Assembly (NCBI GenBank): GCA_023246655.1
Contig: JAHFHX010000001.1
Location: forward strand, 28,648-92,647
From: Candidatus Magasanikiibacteriota bacterium
GTDB lineage: Bacteria; Patescibacteriota; Patescibacteriia; Magasanikbacterales; GWA2-37-8
Direction: 5' to 3'
DNA length: 64,000 nt
Shown: piece by piece, positions 37,203 through 47,925 of the stretch
Layout: each line of letters begins with the position of its first letter
Numbering within the stretch: position 1 is the first letter of the stretch
The notes under the pieces: model-generated
The model's database searches: none
The model's input: only the letters and a program-made list of their open reading frames with translations
Told to the model about the DNA's origin: nothing
Position numbers and translations under genes: made by a program

Positions 37203-38099
37203 TTAGATACGTTCTATCCAATGGTGGTCAATAGCGACATCTAATTCAAGAAAAATTTTTTTGTTTAACGCCTGCTCGAGTTCGCGGCGGGCGGCACTGC
37301 CGATTTCTTTAATGGCACGCCCGCCAGCACCAATGATCATTTGTTTATATCGTCGTTCGGAGGTAAAAATTGTTGCGGTAATAACGAATACATCCGGTTT
37401 AGCTTCGATGTTCGTTACTTCCACGTGGGTGGAATAAGGCACTTCTTGCCGCAGGGCTAAAAAGATTTTTTCGCGAATAATTTCGGCAACCCACATTTCT
37501 TTATTCATGTTAGTTATCTGTTCCGGTGGGTAGAGGGGTTCGCCGGGCGGGAGTAGTTCAAACACTTTGGCAATGAGTGGCTGAATATGGCGATTTCGCA
37601 GTGCCGAGAGTTCAAAGACATCAGTAAATTCATTAGCCAAAGCTCGGTAATCGTCTCGGTATGATTGTTGAATTTCGGGGACATCACATTTGTTAATAAC
37701 TAAGAGCTTAGGAATAGTAAGTTGACGGAGCAGTGATAAAGTAAAGCGCTCTTCTGGGCCCACTGGTTTTCCCGGGTCAACTACATAGAGCACCAGATCA
37801 ATATCACGAAGTGCTTCAGTAACATTTTCCAGTAGTTTCCCGGTGAGCGGGCGGCGATTCCCTTTAAGAACACCGGGAGTATCAATAAAAACTGCTTGTC
37901 CTTCTGGACGATTCAAAACTCCGTGAATGGCACTGCGCGTGGTCTGTGGTTTATGAGTTACGGCCGCAAGCTTAGTACCGATTAAAGTATTAAGGAGAGT
38001 AGATTTACCCACATTGGAACGGCCAACCAAAGTAATTAAGCCAGATTTTAATGCTTGCTGAGGAAGAGCGTTAGAAGTTTTTTCTGATTTCTTTGTCAT
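37203..38099 (-). CDS. era: GTPase Era
   Basis: GRSNVGKSTLLN, KPQTTR, DTPG, NKCD, EIIREK, EVPY. Confidence 0.96.
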   Translation of the reverse strand: MTKKSEKTSNALPQQALKSGLITLVGRSNVGKSTLLNTLIGTKLAAVTHKPQTTRSAIHGVLNRPEGQAVFIDTPGVLKGNRRPLTGKLLENVTEALRDIDLVLYVVDPGKPVGPEERFTLSLLRQLTIPKLLVINKCDVPEIQQSYRDDYRALANEFTDVFELSALRNRHIQPLIAKVFELLPPGEPLYPPEQITNMNKEMWVAEIIREKIFLALRQEVPYSTHVEVTNIEAKPDVFVITATIFTSERRYKQMIIGAGGRAIKEIGSAARRELEQALNKKIFLELDVAIDHHWIERI

Positions 38100-38219
38100 A
38101 GTAAACAATGTAGTGAATATTCTATATGCGAAAGTTCAATAATGATAATCTTAGATCTTTACCTCTTAGGCAAGGATGTTGTATAATAGTACCCGAAAGC
38201 TAATTGCAAGGCAAGTTTT

Positions 38220-38678
38220 ATGAAAGTGATTTTACTTCAAAAAACCCCTGGGTTGGGGGATGTTGATGATATAAAAGAGGTCGCGGACGGTTATGCGCGT
38301 AATTTTTTGTTTCCTCGGCACCTGGCAGTACAAGCCTCAACCAAAGCTTTGGACCAACGGGAAGCCCATCACCGAAAACAAGCTAAGGAAGCGGAGCGTG
38401 ACTTGCATGAAAGTGAACAATTAGCCGCCAAAATTGATGGTCTAGAAATTGAGCTAGTGGAGAAAGCTACCGAGAAAGGCGTACTCTACGCGGCGGTGAC
38501 ACCTCAGAAGGTGAGCATGGCGCTGCAAAAGATTGGTTTTAGTATTGAGCCAGACCAGATTAAAATGAAACCGATGAAGGAATTAGGTGCTATGGAAGTT
38601 CCCGTCAAATTTGGTCACGGGCTTGAAGTGCAGATTAACCTGACCGTGAATCCGCAAAAAGAAAAACATACAGTATGA
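38220..38678 (+). CDS. rplI: 50S ribosomal protein L9
   Basis: MKVILLQ..PGLG...EVADGYARNFLFP. Confidence 0.96.
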   Translation: MKVILLQKTPGLGDVDDIKEVADGYARNFLFPRHLAVQASTKALDQREAHHRKQAKEAERDLHESEQLAAKIDGLEIELVEKATEKGVLYAAVTPQKVSMALQKIGFSIEPDQIKMKPMKELGAMEVPVKFGHGLEVQINLTVNPQKEKHTV

Positions 38679-40312
38679 CTAATACTAAATACATTTTTGT
38701 CGTTGGTGGCGTGATGAGCAGCGTTGGAAAAGGGGTAACGGCTTCTTCCATCGGAGCGATTTTGCAGGGCCGTGGGTATAAAGTCACGAATATTAAGTGT
38801 GACATGTACGTTAATATTGATGCGGGGACAATTCGCCCGACTGAGCATGGCGAGGTCTTTATTGGCGAAGACGGCATTGAGGCTGATCAAGACTTGGGTA
38901 ACTACGAACGTTTTACTGGCAACCCCATGAGTTCGCTTAATTACATTACCACGGGCCAGGTGTATCAAGAAGTTATTCGTCGCGAGCGTAATTTAGAATA
39001 CGGAGGTGAGGATGTGGAAGTAGTACCCGATGTACCAAATGAAATTATTCGACGTATTAAAATGGCCGCCAAGAAGAATGAAGCGGAGATTGCCGTTGTT
39101 GAATTTGGTGGTACCGTTGGTGAGTATCAGGTGCTATTATTTTTGGAAGCAGCGCGTATTATGAAAGTAAAACATCAGCGCGATGTTGCTTTTGTGCTCG
39201 TAAGTTATTTACCTTTGCCCAAGCATGTTGGTGAGATGAAAACAAAGCCAACCCAATATGCGGTCCGAACGTTGAACGCGGCCGGAATCATGGCAGATTT
39301 TATTGTTGCGCGCGGTGAGCGTGCTCTTGATAATCGTCGTCGCGATATCCTTGCTAACGTCTGCAATTTACTGGACGGTACCGTGATTGCAGCTCCGGAT
39401 GTTGATTCAATTTACGATGTCCCACTCCAATTTCACGCGCAAAATTTTGATGGCCGCCTTTTGCGGACATTGCATCTTCGGGCGCGCAAGAATGATCTGC
39501 AAGCCTGGAAGACCTTCTCGAAGAAGATTCGTGGACTTAAAAAATCCATGAAAATTGCTATTGTTGGAAAGTATTTTGGTACTGGTGATTTTACGCTCGC
39601 TGACTCCTACATTTCTGTCATTGAAGCAATCAAACATGGCGCCTGGGATCGAGGAGTTAAACCAGAGTTGACTTGGATCGATTCAGAAACCTATGAACAA
39701 ACACCAAATCGATTGCAAGAATTAAGCACATTCGATGCCATTATTGTGCCCGGTGGGTTTGGCACGCGTGGCATTGAAGGCATTATTAGTGCCATTCGTT
39801 TTGTGCGCGAGCACAATATTCCCTATTTAGGGTTGTGCTATGGAATGCAACTCGCTAGTATTGAGTTCGCTCGCACTGTCTTACACCTCGCCGGGGCCAA
39901 TACCGTGGAGTGTGACCCGCAGTCTCCCTATCCAATAATTCATGTTAACCCACAGCAAGCCAAAAATATTCGCGAAAATCGCTATGGGGCGACCATGCGG
40001 CTTGGTGCTTATCGCTGCGTGTTAAAAAAGGGAAGCCAAACACAGAAATTATACAAAGCAGATGAGATCAGCGAACGCCATCGCCATCGTTATGAATTTA
40101 ATAATGAGTATCGCGAACGAATGGAGCAGGCTGGATTCGAAATTGTGGGAGTGAACCCGGAGACAAATTTAGCAGAAATCATTGAGCTAAAAAATCATCC
40201 TTATTTTATCGGCACACAATTTCATCCGGAATTTAAATCTCGACCATTACGACCACACCCACTGTTTGTTGGTCTGGTTGCCGCCGCGTTAGAACAACAA
40301 AAGAAGCGTTAA
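38675..40312 (+). CDS. pyrG: CTP synthase
   Basis: GGVMSSVGKG, HGEVF, DQDLGNYERF, KTKPTQ, GLCYGMQ, ERHRHRYE, QFHPEF. Confidence 0.98.
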   Translation: MTNTKYIFVVGGVMSSVGKGVTASSIGAILQGRGYKVTNIKCDMYVNIDAGTIRPTEHGEVFIGEDGIEADQDLGNYERFTGNPMSSLNYITTGQVYQEVIRRERNLEYGGEDVEVVPDVPNEIIRRIKMAAKKNEAEIAVVEFGGTVGEYQVLLFLEAARIMKVKHQRDVAFVLVSYLPLPKHVGEMKTKPTQYAVRTLNAAGIMADFIVARGERALDNRRRDILANVCNLLDGTVIAAPDVDSIYDVPLQFHAQNFDGRLLRTLHLRARKNDLQAWKTFSKKIRGLKKSMKIAIVGKYFGTGDFTLADSYISVIEAIKHGAWDRGVKPELTWIDSETYEQTPNRLQELSTFDAIIVPGGFGTRGIEGIISAIRFVREHNIPYLGLCYGMQLASIEFARTVLHLAGANTVECDPQSPYPIIHVNPQQAKNIRENRYGATMRLGAYRCVLKKGSQTQKLYKADEISERHRHRYEFNNEYRERMEQAGFEIVGVNPETNLAEIIELKNHPYFIGTQFHPEFKSRPLRPHPLFVGLVAAALEQQKKR

Positions 40313-40319
40313 AAAAGTA

Positions 40320-41702
40320 TTATCTACCCGCCATGGCACCAAGGATGGTGATGGTACGAAGCAGAATTGCAAGATCAAGAATTAAACCGCGATGTTTAAG
40401 ATAAAAGAGATCATATTCAAGCTTGTATAAATTTTCGTCAATCGTTCCATAATAAGACTTGTGAAGTTGTGCCCAGCCGGTAAGCCCTGGTTTAATGAGA
40501 TGTCGGAGTGTATAAAAAGGCATGCGGGTCGTTAATTGTTCTACAAACTCTGGTCGCTCTGGTCGGGGGCCAATTATGCTCATATGTCCTTGGAGGATAT
40601 TCAGACATTGTGGAACTTCATCAAGACGAGTCTGACGTAAAAATTTTCCGAATCTGGTAATGCGGGCATCATTGAATTTTGCAAATTGTGGGCCAGCAAC
40701 TTCGGCACTGCCGTCGATTGCTAGGGAGTGCATGGTGCGAAATTTGTAAATGGTAAAAGGTCGACCAGCGCGGCCGATTCTTTTTTGTTTAAAGAGAATT
40801 GGACCAGGGGAAGTTAGTTTGATTATGGTGGCAATGAGTGGAAAAGTTCCAATAAAAAAAAGTGCCATCGCGAGTGCCACGCTATAGTCAAGGAGAATAC
40901 GAAAGCGATCATATACTTTTTTCTGTTGTTCTCGTAGATTCGTAAGAAACCACGCTTCGGAAAAAGTGCTCGTTGGAATTCGTCCGAGGAGTTCTTCATA
41001 AAAACGGCTGAGGTCAAGCACTTCGATTTGACGAAAGAGGTGTTGATAGAGTTCTTGCAAAATGAGGTTATTATTAGCAAATTCCGGTGTGATGATAATG
41101 AGTTGTGGGGGAGGTGTTGTCGGAAGGTTGAGAAGTTCGTGGAGAGTTTTCGCGATCGGAAATTTACTGATGGTAGCGGGCGGCTGAACGGTTATTATTG
41201 GAGAGATTACGCCAATTACATTAAATCCGCGCTGTGGTTCCGTTTGTAACAAGGTAATAAGTTCCACCACCTCTGGTGTAAGCCCAACAAAGACCACGTT
41301 GTTACGCAGCAGGACAGGGGAGAGAAAACGATTATGGAGGTATCGCCAGAGTGCAATAAATCCGAAACCAACCAAGGCAGTGAATAAGAGAATCGTTTTG
41401 GGGGTTAAATACGTTCCCGGATGGAGATAGAAAAAGATAATGCCAATGACGACCCACACGATGCTGATAATGATTAATTTTTGAAAAAGGGGCCAACTGT
41501 TTTTTGCTTGGTTAAGATCGTAGAGACCAGCGATAAATAAAATCAGTCCTGCAATAACAAATAGGGCACTAAATGGAGAAAGTAGGGCCAATAACGTGGC
41601 CGAGGGGAGTTCAAGATGACGTAGCGTTAGGGCACTATAGAGACCAATGTAGAGAAGCACCAAGTCGCCACCCAGGAGAATCAATTGTTTGAGACGATAC
41701 AT
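40320..41702 (-). CDS. polyprenyl glycosylphosphotransferase (sugar transferase)
   Basis: PGPILFKQKRIG, YKFRTM, RLDEVPQ, GPRPERP, KPGLTGWAQ. Confidence 0.93.
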   Translation of the reverse strand: MYRLKQLILLGGDLVLLYIGLYSALTLRHLELPSATLLALLSPFSALFVIAGLILFIAGLYDLNQAKNSWPLFQKLIIISIVWVVIGIIFFYLHPGTYLTPKTILLFTALVGFGFIALWRYLHNRFLSPVLLRNNVVFVGLTPEVVELITLLQTEPQRGFNVIGVISPIITVQPPATISKFPIAKTLHELLNLPTTPPPQLIIITPEFANNNLILQELYQHLFRQIEVLDLSRFYEELLGRIPTSTFSEAWFLTNLREQQKKVYDRFRILLDYSVALAMALFFIGTFPLIATIIKLTSPGPILFKQKRIGRAGRPFTIYKFRTMHSLAIDGSAEVAGPQFAKFNDARITRFGKFLRQTRLDEVPQCLNILQGHMSIIGPRPERPEFVEQLTTRMPFYTLRHLIKPGLTGWAQLHKSYYGTIDENLYKLEYDLFYLKHRGLILDLAILLRTITILGAMAGR

Positions 41703-41759
41703 AGAGACTGTCTTTCTTTTCCAAAATAAGTTATACTAAAAGACAATGTAATAACAACT

Positions 41760-43745
41760 ATGCTTTCATTTTATCATTCTTTAGCGCAAAAAGCAATACT
41801 CGTACTCTTGTTGGGTGCGGTTTTGTATACGTCTGATGCGGCCTGGGCTCGGGTTCCAACCGATCCAGAGTATGCAGCACAACAGATGATATGGGAACAA
41901 ATTGGTGCTCCCACTGCTTGGGATATCACTACCGGATCAAGTGATGTGGTTGTAGCAGTTATTGATACTGGTGTTGATACTTGGCATGATGATCTTAAGG
42001 GAAATATTTGGACTAATCCTTATGAGATTCCCGATAATGGCCGTGATGATGATCATAACGGTTATATTGATGATCTCCATGGTTGGAATTTTGTAGAAAA
42101 TAATAACGATGTACGTACCTCGGTATTTGAACATGCTGATGATCCTGAGGCGGTTCGTCACGGCACATTGATTGCTGGTCTTATTGGCGCCGAAGGTAAT
42201 AATAACGAGAGCGGAGTAGGACTTAATTGGCGTATTAAGCTTATGCCTATTCGGGCGATTCAGAGCAGTGGTGCAGGTGATTACGCCACCGTCAGTAGGG
42301 CGATAGACTATGCCGTAGCGAATGGCGCTCATATTATTACCATGAGTTTTGTTGGCGACATTAATGATACGGTCCTTAAAGACCATCTTAAGGCTGCCTA
42401 TGATCATGGGGTATTAATTGTCGCCGCCGCTGGTAACCATTCCCGCAATAGTTCTGGTAATCTTAATGATCACCCACTCTATCCAGCCTGTTATGATCAA
42501 GGGGATACTGTTAATTGGTTTTTAACAGTGGGATCAGTGAATACACTAGATCAGTTGAGTAGATTCAGTAATTATGGTACGTGTCTTGATCTCGTGGCAC
42601 CAGGGGAAAATATTTTTAGTACCGAACGTTATGCCCCGCAATTCGGTTATCAAAAAAAATTTAATGGTCCCTGGAAAGGGACATCCTTTTCTGCACCGTT
42701 GGTGGCCGGGGCGGCTGCCCTCCTTAAGTCAATTCATCCAGAATGGGGTCCAGTTGAACTTATCCAAACCCTTCGTAATACCGCTGATCCTATTGAAGCG
42801 CAGAATCTTAGCTTAGCTAGCAGTAGTTTGGGGCGTGGACGGTTAAATATTGGTAAAGCCGTCGCCGTGGCTATGCAGCTTAAGCGGGGTGGGCCGGCTG
42901 GCGGCTATTATTACTTTTTTAATGGACCAGTTATTAATCGTTTGAATTTTACGAGTAGTTCAGTGGAAACAGTAGCTCATGTCGGTGATAACATTATCAA
43001 GAGTGTTGCTATTTATAATCCCAATATAAGTACCAAAACACAGGTGGCAGCGCTCTTAGAGGGAAAACCATTTTATCATGTGCGATTAGTGCGTGATACC
43101 GGTGAATTAATTCAGGATTTTTCCCTTGAACTCAGTATTCGCAAAGACGCCGTGGTGAAGCGTTTAGCGGTAACTACGGCACCGGGGGCTCCTAGTCCCT
43201 TTATCGTGGAGGTTTACTATCCTCAAAAAAAGCAAACGGTATTTAAAGCTTTTGATGTTCGAGGAGAATTAGCGCAGGAGGCTGCTGTCCCTGGCGAAGT
43301 ATCAGGTTGGGCGATTGGGCGTAATAATCCAGAGATTTTGCTTGCTCAACGGGTTGGTAAGAAAACTGAGGTGCGCCGGATCTCGTGGAATGGTGGCGCA
43401 GTGCAATCATGGAAAATAAGCGAAGATAGTGCAGCACGAATTGAAGCTGTCCGGGTCGGACAAGTGCTACCGGGAAAAAATGAGCAGGGAATAATTTTGT
43501 TGCGCCGCGGCCGACGCGTGGAACAACTCATCCTAGAGACTAATATAGGAACGATTACTACACGGCTCATAGATGTTACCGCCGATCCAGCACCATGGCG
43601 TCTTTTGTTAGCGCAATCAACTGCTACCGATAGCATGCTTATTTTTCCGTTTACTACTGGTGGGGGCATTTTTAGGCTCGCAACCGGGGCGGGGGAACCA
43701 GTGGCTGAAATTAAACTTCCGCGCCTTAACGGGCTAACCAATTGA
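41760..43745 (+). CDS. secreted S8 (subtilisin-like) serine peptidase
   Basis: VAVIDTG, HGTLIAG, GTSFSAPLVAG triad. Confidence 0.93.
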   Translation: MLSFYHSLAQKAILVLLLGAVLYTSDAAWARVPTDPEYAAQQMIWEQIGAPTAWDITTGSSDVVVAVIDTGVDTWHDDLKGNIWTNPYEIPDNGRDDDHNGYIDDLHGWNFVENNNDVRTSVFEHADDPEAVRHGTLIAGLIGAEGNNNESGVGLNWRIKLMPIRAIQSSGAGDYATVSRAIDYAVANGAHIITMSFVGDINDTVLKDHLKAAYDHGVLIVAAAGNHSRNSSGNLNDHPLYPACYDQGDTVNWFLTVGSVNTLDQLSRFSNYGTCLDLVAPGENIFSTERYAPQFGYQKKFNGPWKGTSFSAPLVAGAAALLKSIHPEWGPVELIQTLRNTADPIEAQNLSLASSSLGRGRLNIGKAVAVAMQLKRGGPAGGYYYFFNGPVINRLNFTSSSVETVAHVGDNIIKSVAIYNPNISTKTQVAALLEGKPFYHVRLVRDTGELIQDFSLELSIRKDAVVKRLAVTTAPGAPSPFIVEVYYPQKKQTVFKAFDVRGELAQEAAVPGEVSGWAIGRNNPEILLAQRVGKKTEVRRISWNGGAVQSWKISEDSAARIEAVRVGQVLPGKNEQGIILLRRGRRVEQLILETNIGTITTRLIDVTADPAPWRLLLAQSTATDSMLIFPFTTGGGIFRLATGAGEPVAEIKLPRLNGLTN

Positions 43746-43805
43746 CCCTGTTAGCAGAACCATGATACTATAAGGTCATGATTGTTTTTAGTATTTAGTC
43801 TTCTT

Positions 43806-44837
43806 ATGGAATCTCCTATTTTTGAGAAAAAAAATGTCTTGGTAATTGGTGGCGCTGGATTTATTGGTTCTCACTTGTGTGAGCGTCTTTTGAAAGACGC
43901 AAATGTTATTTGTATTGATAATTTCTCTAATTCTCGTCCTGATAATATCAACCACCTCCTTCAGTATGCCGATTTTGAGTTTATTAATCACGATATTAAT
44001 CAGCCCTTAAATGTAGAGCAGTTTGATGAACTCGATAAATTTAAGGTTAAATTTCAAGGTATCCAGGAAATATATCACTTGGCCTGCCCTACGAGTCCTA
44101 AAGATTTTGAAAAAAATAAAATTTTGACTCTGTTGGCTAATTCTGGGGCTATGATTAATACCTTAGAATTAGCGGTGCAATATCGCGCTAAATATATTTT
44201 TACATCAAGTGCGGTTGTTTATGGTGATCAGGCGGATACCACCCGCCCGCTTAAAGAAACAAATTTTGGGCCAGTGAATCAATTATCACCCCGGGCTTGT
44301 TTTGATGAAGGGAAGCGTTTTGCTGAGACGTGTGTTGCCACCTATGCACAGACGCAAGGAATCGATGCCAAGATTGCTCGTGTTTTTACAACCTACGGAC
44401 CACATATGCGATTATTTGAGCAACAGTTGATTCCTGATTTTATTATTAACGCTTTGGAAGGACGAGATTTAATGGTATATGGTGATGAAAATTTTTCAAC
44501 TACCTTGTGTTATGTCACTGATATGGTTGATGGCTTAGTTCGTCTTATGGGGAGTGGTCCTGAAGTTAAGGTCGTTAATGTCGGCGGCGATCACGTTATT
44601 AAATATACCGAAGTTGCCCAAATGATTTTGGATATTACCAGTTCGAGTTCTGCAATTCGTTTTGAACAACCATTATTATTTTTAACCAAAAAAGGAGCAC
44701 CCGACCTTAGCTATGCCAAAGAAGTGCTCGGTTGGTTGCCGCTTGTTCGTTTGGAAGATGGATTACGCAAAACTATTGATTATGTCATTTCTCATAAAGA
44801 AGAGCTTCTGTTTGGAAATAGTGGCGCTTCACGCTAG
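43806..44837 (+). CDS. NAD-dependent epimerase/dehydratase, UDP-glucuronate decarboxylase-like
   Basis: GGAGFIGSHLC, YHLACPTSP, RACFDEGKR. Confidence 0.88.
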   Translation: MESPIFEKKNVLVIGGAGFIGSHLCERLLKDANVICIDNFSNSRPDNINHLLQYADFEFINHDINQPLNVEQFDELDKFKVKFQGIQEIYHLACPTSPKDFEKNKILTLLANSGAMINTLELAVQYRAKYIFTSSAVVYGDQADTTRPLKETNFGPVNQLSPRACFDEGKRFAETCVATYAQTQGIDAKIARVFTTYGPHMRLFEQQLIPDFIINALEGRDLMVYGDENFSTTLCYVTDMVDGLVRLMGSGPEVKVVNVGGDHVIKYTEVAQMILDITSSSSAIRFEQPLLFLTKKGAPDLSYAKEVLGWLPLVRLEDGLRKTIDYVISHKEELLFGNSGASR

Positions 44838-44846
44838 TACTACAAT

Positions 44847-45509
44847 ATGGTCTTTATAATCGTTCCTGCTTATAATGAAGAGGAAGCAATAGGTCGCGTT
44901 GTCCGCGACCTTTTTCAACAGGGTTTTCAGAATGTTGTTGTGATTGATGACGGTTCCATAGATGAGACAGGGGCCTTAGCCCGCTCAGCAGGCGCAACTG
45001 TTCTACGTCATTCTATTAATCGTGGACAAGGGGCTGCGCTGCAAACTGGTAATCAATATGCACTTGAGAGCGGGGCAGAAATTGTAGTACATTTTGATGG
45101 CGACGGGCAGTTGAATGCAAAAGATATTGCCCTAGCAATTAATCGTCTTAATACAGAAAAGCTTGATATTATTCTCGGTTCGCGTTTTTTAGATAGCCGC
45201 ACTCATATGCCCTGGTCTAAACGCCATATTCTTTTGCCCATAAGCCGTTGGATAAATTTTGTATTCACCGGATTACAACTATCCGATGTGCATAATGGTT
45301 TTAGAATACTGAGCCGATCAGCCCTCAAAGCAATTGTTATTACCCAAGATGGTATGGCTCATAATACCGAAATTGTAGCACAGATTAAGATTCATAATCT
45401 TACATTTGCCGAGCACCCAGTTGAAGTTCGTTATTATGAATATGGGCAGGGGGTTCGGGGCGGACTTAAAATACTGAGTGATTTTTTGTTTGGTCATTTT
45501 GTAAATTAA
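44847..45509 (+). CDS. glycosyltransferase family 2 (DPM synthase-like)
   Basis: IVPAYNEE, IDDGS.D, NRGQGAA, HFDGDGQ. Confidence 0.92.
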   Translation: MVFIIVPAYNEEEAIGRVVRDLFQQGFQNVVVIDDGSIDETGALARSAGATVLRHSINRGQGAALQTGNQYALESGAEIVVHFDGDGQLNAKDIALAINRLNTEKLDIILGSRFLDSRTHMPWSKRHILLPISRWINFVFTGLQLSDVHNGFRILSRSALKAIVITQDGMAHNTEIVAQIKIHNLTFAEHPVEVRYYEYGQGVRGGLKILSDFLFGHFVN

Positions 45510-45516
45510 AATTTCT

Positions 45517-45864
45517 ATGACGCTCATTCAAGTCATACTGATTATTTTCTTTCTTTTTGCTTCCTTTAAAGTGCTCGGGCGATGGCGGACAGGGGAGCTC
45601 TCCGGCGGGGTGGTAGTTATGTGGCTATTATTTTGGATCGTGGCCACGATTGTGGCACTGATTCCCGATATTACCTTTCGCGTAGCGCATCTGGTAGGAA
45701 TTGGTCGGGGGGCAGATTTGGTAGTATATCTGTCGCTCGCGATACTATTTTTTATGGTTTTTCGTCTCATGGTAAAAGTTGAACGAATCAATCGTGATAT
45801 TACTAAGTTGACACGCCAATTAGCTTTAATGCAGCCTGATGGAAAAAGAGAAATTAATTTATGA
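45517..45864 (+). CDS. DUF2304-like membrane protein
   Basis: GIGRGADLVVY, ITKLTRQLAL; usual neighbour of this GT2 type. Confidence 0.8.
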   Translation: MTLIQVILIIFFLFASFKVLGRWRTGELSGGVVVMWLLFWIVATIVALIPDITFRVAHLVGIGRGADLVVYLSLAILFFMVFRLMVKVERINRDITKLTRQLALMQPDGKREINL

Positions 45865-47003
45865 AGATTGCTCACGTTATTGCTACATTTCCACCTCATA
45901 TTGGCGGGATGGGTAACGTTGCTTTTCATGAGTGTAATGAATTGGTTCAGCACGGCCACCAGGTGACTGTTTTTACCCTACACTATGGTAGTTTGGAAAA
46001 TCATGATGACGCACTGCCGTTTAAAGTGGTACGATTAAAGCCATTCATTAGGGCTGGGGATGCGGGTTGGATTCCCCAACTATTCAATCGTCTCAAAAAT
46101 TTTGATCTCGTCCACCTGCATTATCCTTTTTATGGTGGGGCCGAGTGGATCTGGTTAGCACACAAGTTGTATAATCAGAAATACCTGGTGACGTATCACA
46201 TGGAGGCACATCCCCGTGGTGTGGTGAAAAGGCTTATCCATTTTTTTTATAACTTATTTTTAACAAAAATAATTCTTCGTGGCGCCAAGAAGATTCTAGT
46301 TGTTGATAAGGATTATTTTTTTAAAAATCCACATGGTGGGGTTGTCCCCTTCCAGAACATAATAGAATTACCCAACGCCGTAAATACCAATGTTTTTCAG
46401 CCGCGCGCGGTAACCGTGAATGACTGTGGTTGGTTAGAGTGGGAGAACAAAAAAATAGTGTTGTTTGTTGGTAACCTCATGCCCGTGAAGCGGCTCGATT
46501 TATTATTGCAAACATTCAGCCAACTAAAAGATGATGTGGTTTTGGTGGTGGTCGGTGGAGGTTATGAAGAAGCCAAATACAAAAAAATGGTAGTGGATCT
46601 GGAGCTCGGTTCCCGCGTTAAATTCGTCGGACGCTGTTTTGATCAAATCCAGCTAGCTCGCTATTATAATATAGCAACTGCCGTTGTGGTGCCTTCAGAC
46701 GCTGAATCGTTTTCCCTCGTCGTCGTCGAAGCGTTAAGCTCCGGTTGCCCGGTCGTGGCGAGCGATATCCCTGGCATTCGTAGCCGCATCGTAGATGGTC
46801 GCGATGGGTATCTTTTTCAGTCAGGCTCCAGTAATGATCTCAAGGAAAAATTAGAGAAAGTTTTATTGCTATCTCCCGAACAACGAAACGCTATGGGGGA
46901 ACGGGGAAGGGCCAAGATGAAGGCGGCATATGGAATCGAAGAACATATAAAAAAGTTAGAAGAAATATATCAAGGAATAGTGACAAGTAAGTCCGATAAT
47001 TAA
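45861..47003 (+). CDS. glycosyltransferase family 4
   Basis: FPPHIGGM, FVGNL...KRLD, ESFSLVVVEALSSG. Confidence 0.93.
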   Translation: MKIAHVIATFPPHIGGMGNVAFHECNELVQHGHQVTVFTLHYGSLENHDDALPFKVVRLKPFIRAGDAGWIPQLFNRLKNFDLVHLHYPFYGGAEWIWLAHKLYNQKYLVTYHMEAHPRGVVKRLIHFFYNLFLTKIILRGAKKILVVDKDYFFKNPHGGVVPFQNIIELPNAVNTNVFQPRAVTVNDCGWLEWENKKIVLFVGNLMPVKRLDLLLQTFSQLKDDVVLVVVGGGYEEAKYKKMVVDLELGSRVKFVGRCFDQIQLARYYNIATAVVVPSDAESFSLVVVEALSSGCPVVASDIPGIRSRIVDGRDGYLFQSGSSNDLKEKLEKVLLLSPEQRNAMGERGRAKMKAAYGIEEHIKKLEEIYQGIVTSKSDN

Positions 47004-47075
47004 ACCGTTAAACGGTCAAATTACTTTTCACGAGTGAGCAACAATGTAATAATATAACATTTGAATAATTTTACA

Positions 47076-47897
47076 ATGTCCTTCAGCTACGAACAATCTA
47101 TTTGGGGAAAAGGGAAAGCGAGTTTACAGTGGTCGAGTCCCACCAGTTTTCGTCTCCGGCAGGCTTGTGAGGCGATCGCTTCGCTTAAAGCGGGAGCAAA
47201 AGTTTTAGAAATTGGCTGTGGAGCCGGGCAGTTTATTCGAGCTATACAAAAAATTCATCCGGAATTTGAATGTTATGGTGTTGATATCAGTCGGCAGGCA
47301 ATTGAGTTTGCCAAGACAAACAATGATGGGGTGACGTATGCTCTTAATGAGCCGTACCAATTCTCCTATGAGGACGCCACGTTTGATGCAGTTCTTATTT
47401 TTGATGTTTTAGAACATGTTGCTGATCCCGGTAAGCTCCTCACTGAAGTGCGGCGCGTGCTTAAAAATAACGGCATTTTGTATGCCTTTGTTCCTTGTGA
47501 GGGCGATTGGTTGTCGCTGTGGCAGATGCTTGACACAGTACATCTGAAAAGAGACCTTACTCAAAAGTACGCCGGTCATATTCAGTTTTTTTCCAGAAAA
47601 CAACTACAAAATTTATTTATTCAAAAAAAATTTGAAATTAGTAAATTACGTTATAGCGAACACCTTCTCGGGCAATTCCTGGGTGTGGTTGTATTTAGTT
47701 TGATGGATCGTGCTGCTCATCAGCAGGGAATTAAACAGCTCAATAACGAAACTTATTTTGAAAAACAATCACCACGTCGCTTCGTAAAAGTAATCAAAAA
47801 TATTGTGAATAGTCTCGTATATCTGGAATCTACGTTGTTCTCGCGTCTGCCATCACCAAATGTACATCTGGTGGCGAGGAAGTCAGCATCCACATAA
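47076..47897 (+). CDS. class I SAM-dependent methyltransferase
   Basis: VLEIGCGAG, GVDIS, FDVLEHV. Confidence 0.9.
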   Translation: MSFSYEQSIWGKGKASLQWSSPTSFRLRQACEAIASLKAGAKVLEIGCGAGQFIRAIQKIHPEFECYGVDISRQAIEFAKTNNDGVTYALNEPYQFSYEDATFDAVLIFDVLEHVADPGKLLTEVRRVLKNNGILYAFVPCEGDWLSLWQMLDTVHLKRDLTQKYAGHIQFFSRKQLQNLFIQKKFEISKLRYSEHLLGQFLGVVVFSLMDRAAHQQGIKQLNNETYFEKQSPRRFVKVIKNIVNSLVYLESTLFSRLPSPNVHLVARKSAST

Positions 47898-47925
47898 TCC
47901 TCACAAAATCTGCATAATCTGTGTT

